Shown in pieces: positions 63,603 through 64,000 of a DNA stretch of 64,000 bases (positions are counted from its first letter, which is position 1; every line of letters starts with the position of its first letter). This stretch comes from an uncultured Coriobacteriaceae bacterium. Its GTDB lineage: Bacteria > Actinomycetota > Coriobacteriia > Coriobacteriales > Atopobiaceae. The position numbers and the translations under genes were made by a program. The notes below the pieces were generated by a model. The model was not told the DNA's origin. It saw only the letters and a list, made by a program, of their open reading frames with translations, and ran no database searches. The DNA lies in assembly GCA_902777325.1 (NCBI GenBank), contig CACYTH010000009.1, positions 24,819-88,818 of the forward strand, given 5' to 3'.

Positions 63603-64000
63603 GTGAAGGTGCCCATCGATGTTGAGAACGACGAGGTCCGCGAGGATGTCGACGAGGTCGTGGAGCCCGACGAGCAGGAGGGCGAGCTGACGCCGGAGGA
63701 GGAGGCCGCCATGGTGGAGGCCGCCAAGCGTGCCGGCGCCGAGGCTGCCGAGGCCGACATGGCCGCAGAGGCCGAGCGCGAGCAGAATGACCTGCGGGAC
63801 CAGCTCAATGCCGCGATCGAGGAGAGCGAGGCCGCCAAGAAGGAGGCTGCCGACGCCACCGACCGCCTGCTGCGCCTCCAGGCCGACTGGGACAACTACC
63901 GTCGTCGCACGGCTCAGGAGCGCATCGCCGAGCGCGAGCGTGCGGCCGAAAAGCTGGTCACCAACCTGCTGCCCGTGCTCGACGACATGGAGCGCGCCTC
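63603..64000 (+). CDS. grpE: nucleotide exchange factor GrpE, C-terminus cut by window edge
   Basis: Manual translation from GTG 63603 (GGGAGAG RBS): VKVPIDVENDEV...LRLQADWDNYRRRTAQERIAERERAAEKLVTNLLPVLDDMERA. This is the typical GrpE coiled-coil region. Located downstream of dnaK. Confidence 0.85.
   Translation, partial: MKVPIDVENDEVREDVDEVVEPDEQEGELTPEEEAAMVEAAKRAGAEAAEADMAAEAEREQNDLRDQLNAAIEESEAAKKEAADATDRLLRLQADWDNYRRRTAQERIAERERAAEKLVTNLLPVLDDMERA

Noticed and set aside
1-64000. Prophage, IS element or defence island
   Set aside because: I recognised no integrase, transposase, phage structural, restriction-modification, toxin-antitoxin or cas signatures in any credible ORF. The only mobility-like signal is the tRNA-linked element family, reported separately.

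Overview
High-GC chromosomal replication-origin neighbourhood of an Actinomycetota genome. Gene order looks Coriobacteriia-like, but that placement is inference from synteny and protein signatures only. One arm (minus strand) carries dnaA-dnaN-recF-DUF721-gyrB-gyrA. The other arm (plus strand) carries rpmH-rnpA-yidD-yidC-jag-rsmG-parA-parB with a cluster of perfect parS palindromes. Housekeeping genes follow: rlmN, ddl, dinG, rpsF-ssb-rpsR-rplI, dnaB, purA, purD, tadA, metA, iorAB, dnaK-grpE. There are five tRNA genes: Ala, Ile, Gly, Lys and Ser. I found no CRISPR array, IS element, transposase or integrase. Many long ORFs in the track are antisense shadows of real genes, as expected in GC-rich DNA, and were rejected. 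Main items for a second look: (1) A family of ~90-100 nt hairpin-rich elements lies just downstream of three different tRNA genes (Ala, Lys, Ser). Each is followed by a duplicate of that tRNA's 3' part starting inside the T-loop, and compensatory base changes preserve the hairpins between copies. (2) dnaK carries an in-frame loss of the conserved ITVPAYFNDAQRQ segment and a frameshifting loss in the lid region. (3) A GHKL-ATPase / Q-rich / winged-helix protein is inserted between dnaA and rpmH, splitting the origin region, with a palindromic operator-like site in front of it. (4) A 1707-aa membrane protein has M28-peptidase motifs interrupted by TM helices and a ~1300-aa acidic (EP)n region. 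(5) Two paralogous HTH proteins occur, one translationally coupled to an atypical Hanks-type kinase, next to a ~35% GC junction. All family assignments come from reading motifs by eye. No database search was run.
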